A stretch of 64,000 nucleotides of DNA from Tubulanus polymorphus (Eukaryota > Animalia > Nemertea), in contig NC_134026.1 in NCBI RefSeq assembly GCF_964204645.1, positions 6,843,950-6,907,949 of the forward strand, written 5' to 3'. The position numbers and the translations under genes were made by a program. The notes under the pieces were generated by a model, which saw only the letters and a list, made by a program, of their open reading frames with translations, made no database searches and was not told the DNA's origin. Shown one piece after another: positions 62,199 to 64,000 of this stretch (positions are counted from its first letter, which is position 1; each line of letters begins with the position of its first letter).

Positions 62199-64000
62199 CT
62201 ATTTGAAAATGAACTACAAAATCCGGACATGAAAGATTTTATCAGCACAAAAACTTTTCAAAAACTGATCGTCTACACACCACATGTGTTCAGTGCCTCA
62301 ACCGAGACACTTATGGTTGAAAAATTAACTACAAAAAAATAATACATTTGTCGTCAAACTTTCAAAAACTGATCGTCCGCATTTCAAATGTGTTCAGTAC
62401 GTTCAAGACGTTAGAACTTGTAAGATTGCATCATACGTAATTACGAATTTAAAGAACAACATATCAAGTATCGATAAAAGACAGTATTTATAGATTCTGA
62501 TAAAACACAGTATCTGCAGATAAAACGCGGTATTTATCGTCACATATAGGCAAAAGATCCTGTTAGAAAACCTTCGAAGAATAAATAACATTTTTCATCA
62601 ATTGTGACATTTATATTTCATGTATATATTTGATATACATGTGCATACAGACACATAATGTATTATGAAGTGCTCGGGTTGGACATATGTTATGAACGGT
62701 TGAGACCCGGTAATTTGCCTATTCAAAAGCGATTTACAATCAATCTTTATCAATCATTTTAAAGTATTTTATAGCAGCTTTTAGGCGAGGTTTAAGATAA
62801 GATCACTATTTATCGCATGAATTCACTAATAGTGAATTTAACGCTGGGAGTCTTTGAATCGGGTGGCGTCGACAAACTGGCTCGGCCTATTCGACAACGA
62901 GACATGATAATTTCACTTACAAAGAACCCGTCATTCGACGAAAGATTTCCTACAGATAAAGATTTATTTGAAGTTCCTGCGGATTTCAATATAGACCTAT
63001 AATTATTAGGAGTCGCGGCTTCGAGCTTGCAGACGACGGCTCCCGAACACGGTGACCACCCTGGGCACTTCGCATAAAACTGCCTATCAATTCCCCGTCT
63101 TAGAAAATCCGCCGCTACGACAAAAGACTGATGATTATTGCGCTGAAATTAGCGTCGGGCCTAGGGTTAAGACGTTTAAGACAGGGCTCAGAGTCTGGCG
63201 TGTCAAATTCATTCGATGTCTACTTGAACGCTTATCAAAGCGTTATTGTTGTAGCATTATTATGATTGTTGGGGATAATTGCGACCATACAAGTTTTAAC
63301 TGTTTCCAATCGGTGCAGCGGGCGTTTTATCAAATTCGCTACACGCCCGAAACAGTAGAACGTTGAGGGGCCTAACAATCATTTAAAATTCAACTAGCAA
63401 ATTAACGTTTACAAGCGAAAGAGATAATGGAGGGGTTGGGTAGGGAACGTTGACGACGCCGGCGCCAGGTTTGGCGACAGGGACGCGGAGACCCGCTGCG
63501 CTCGGCGGCCGAACCCCCGTCGCGTCAGTTTGTATTTAGTTAAATAACTAGACCCATCCAGTAAACGTCGGGCTTTGAAAATTTGTTTTAAAGCAATTTT
63601 CCGCTGAATTGAAAGAAGTTATACTACAAATACGTAGGAAACGCAGGGGTTGATAGTAAAGAATGAGTCTATTGATGTAAAACAGCGGGGACACTTTGAT
63701 CGTAGACAAGATTCCTAAAAGTGGGCAATCAAGAAAACGGTGGCTTCGAGCGGGAGAGATTGAGAGATTGAACCGTTAAGAAGTGTTAATTATGTCGAGG
63801 GTGTTTGTAATGTTGAAACCACTTGACTCACGCATTAATGGGACGACCTACTGGTTCCATAATACATAACCAACCGTACTTCAATCACTTTCTCGATTCA
63901 TGTCTGCTGAATATACGAATGAATGAATGCAATTCAAACAGGATTTTTTTTAATGTTCCTTTAAATGATCTTGATGAACTGAATAGTTGTAAAGAAGCCG

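Overview
AT-rich eukaryotic DNA with spliceosomal GT-AG introns, probably from an invertebrate bilaterian (spiralian-like; an inference from gene families). Genes: (1) 1-7.6 kb, a minus-strand tandem cluster of single-exon rhodopsin-class GPCRs with two intact 316-aa genes, one copy with two frameshifts and three 5'-truncated fragments that share a breakpoint; (2) 9373-12500, a 3-exon secreted protein with a PAN/apple-like domain and an apextrin C-terminal (ApeC) domain, 326 aa; (3) 44160-40769, a 2-exon Hmx/NK5 homeobox gene, 348 aa, with a recognisable core promoter, flanked by about 28 kb and at least 19 kb in which I find no credible coding sequence. The non-coding DNA holds many CTCF-like motifs (mostly 9-32 kb), several Penelope-type minimal hammerhead ribozyme motifs usually arranged as inverted pairs, piggyBac-, Harbinger- and tRNA-box-containing MITEs, tiny palindromic insertions, minisatellites and two very long pure microsatellites. 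All calls were made by eye; no database search or folding calculation was run.
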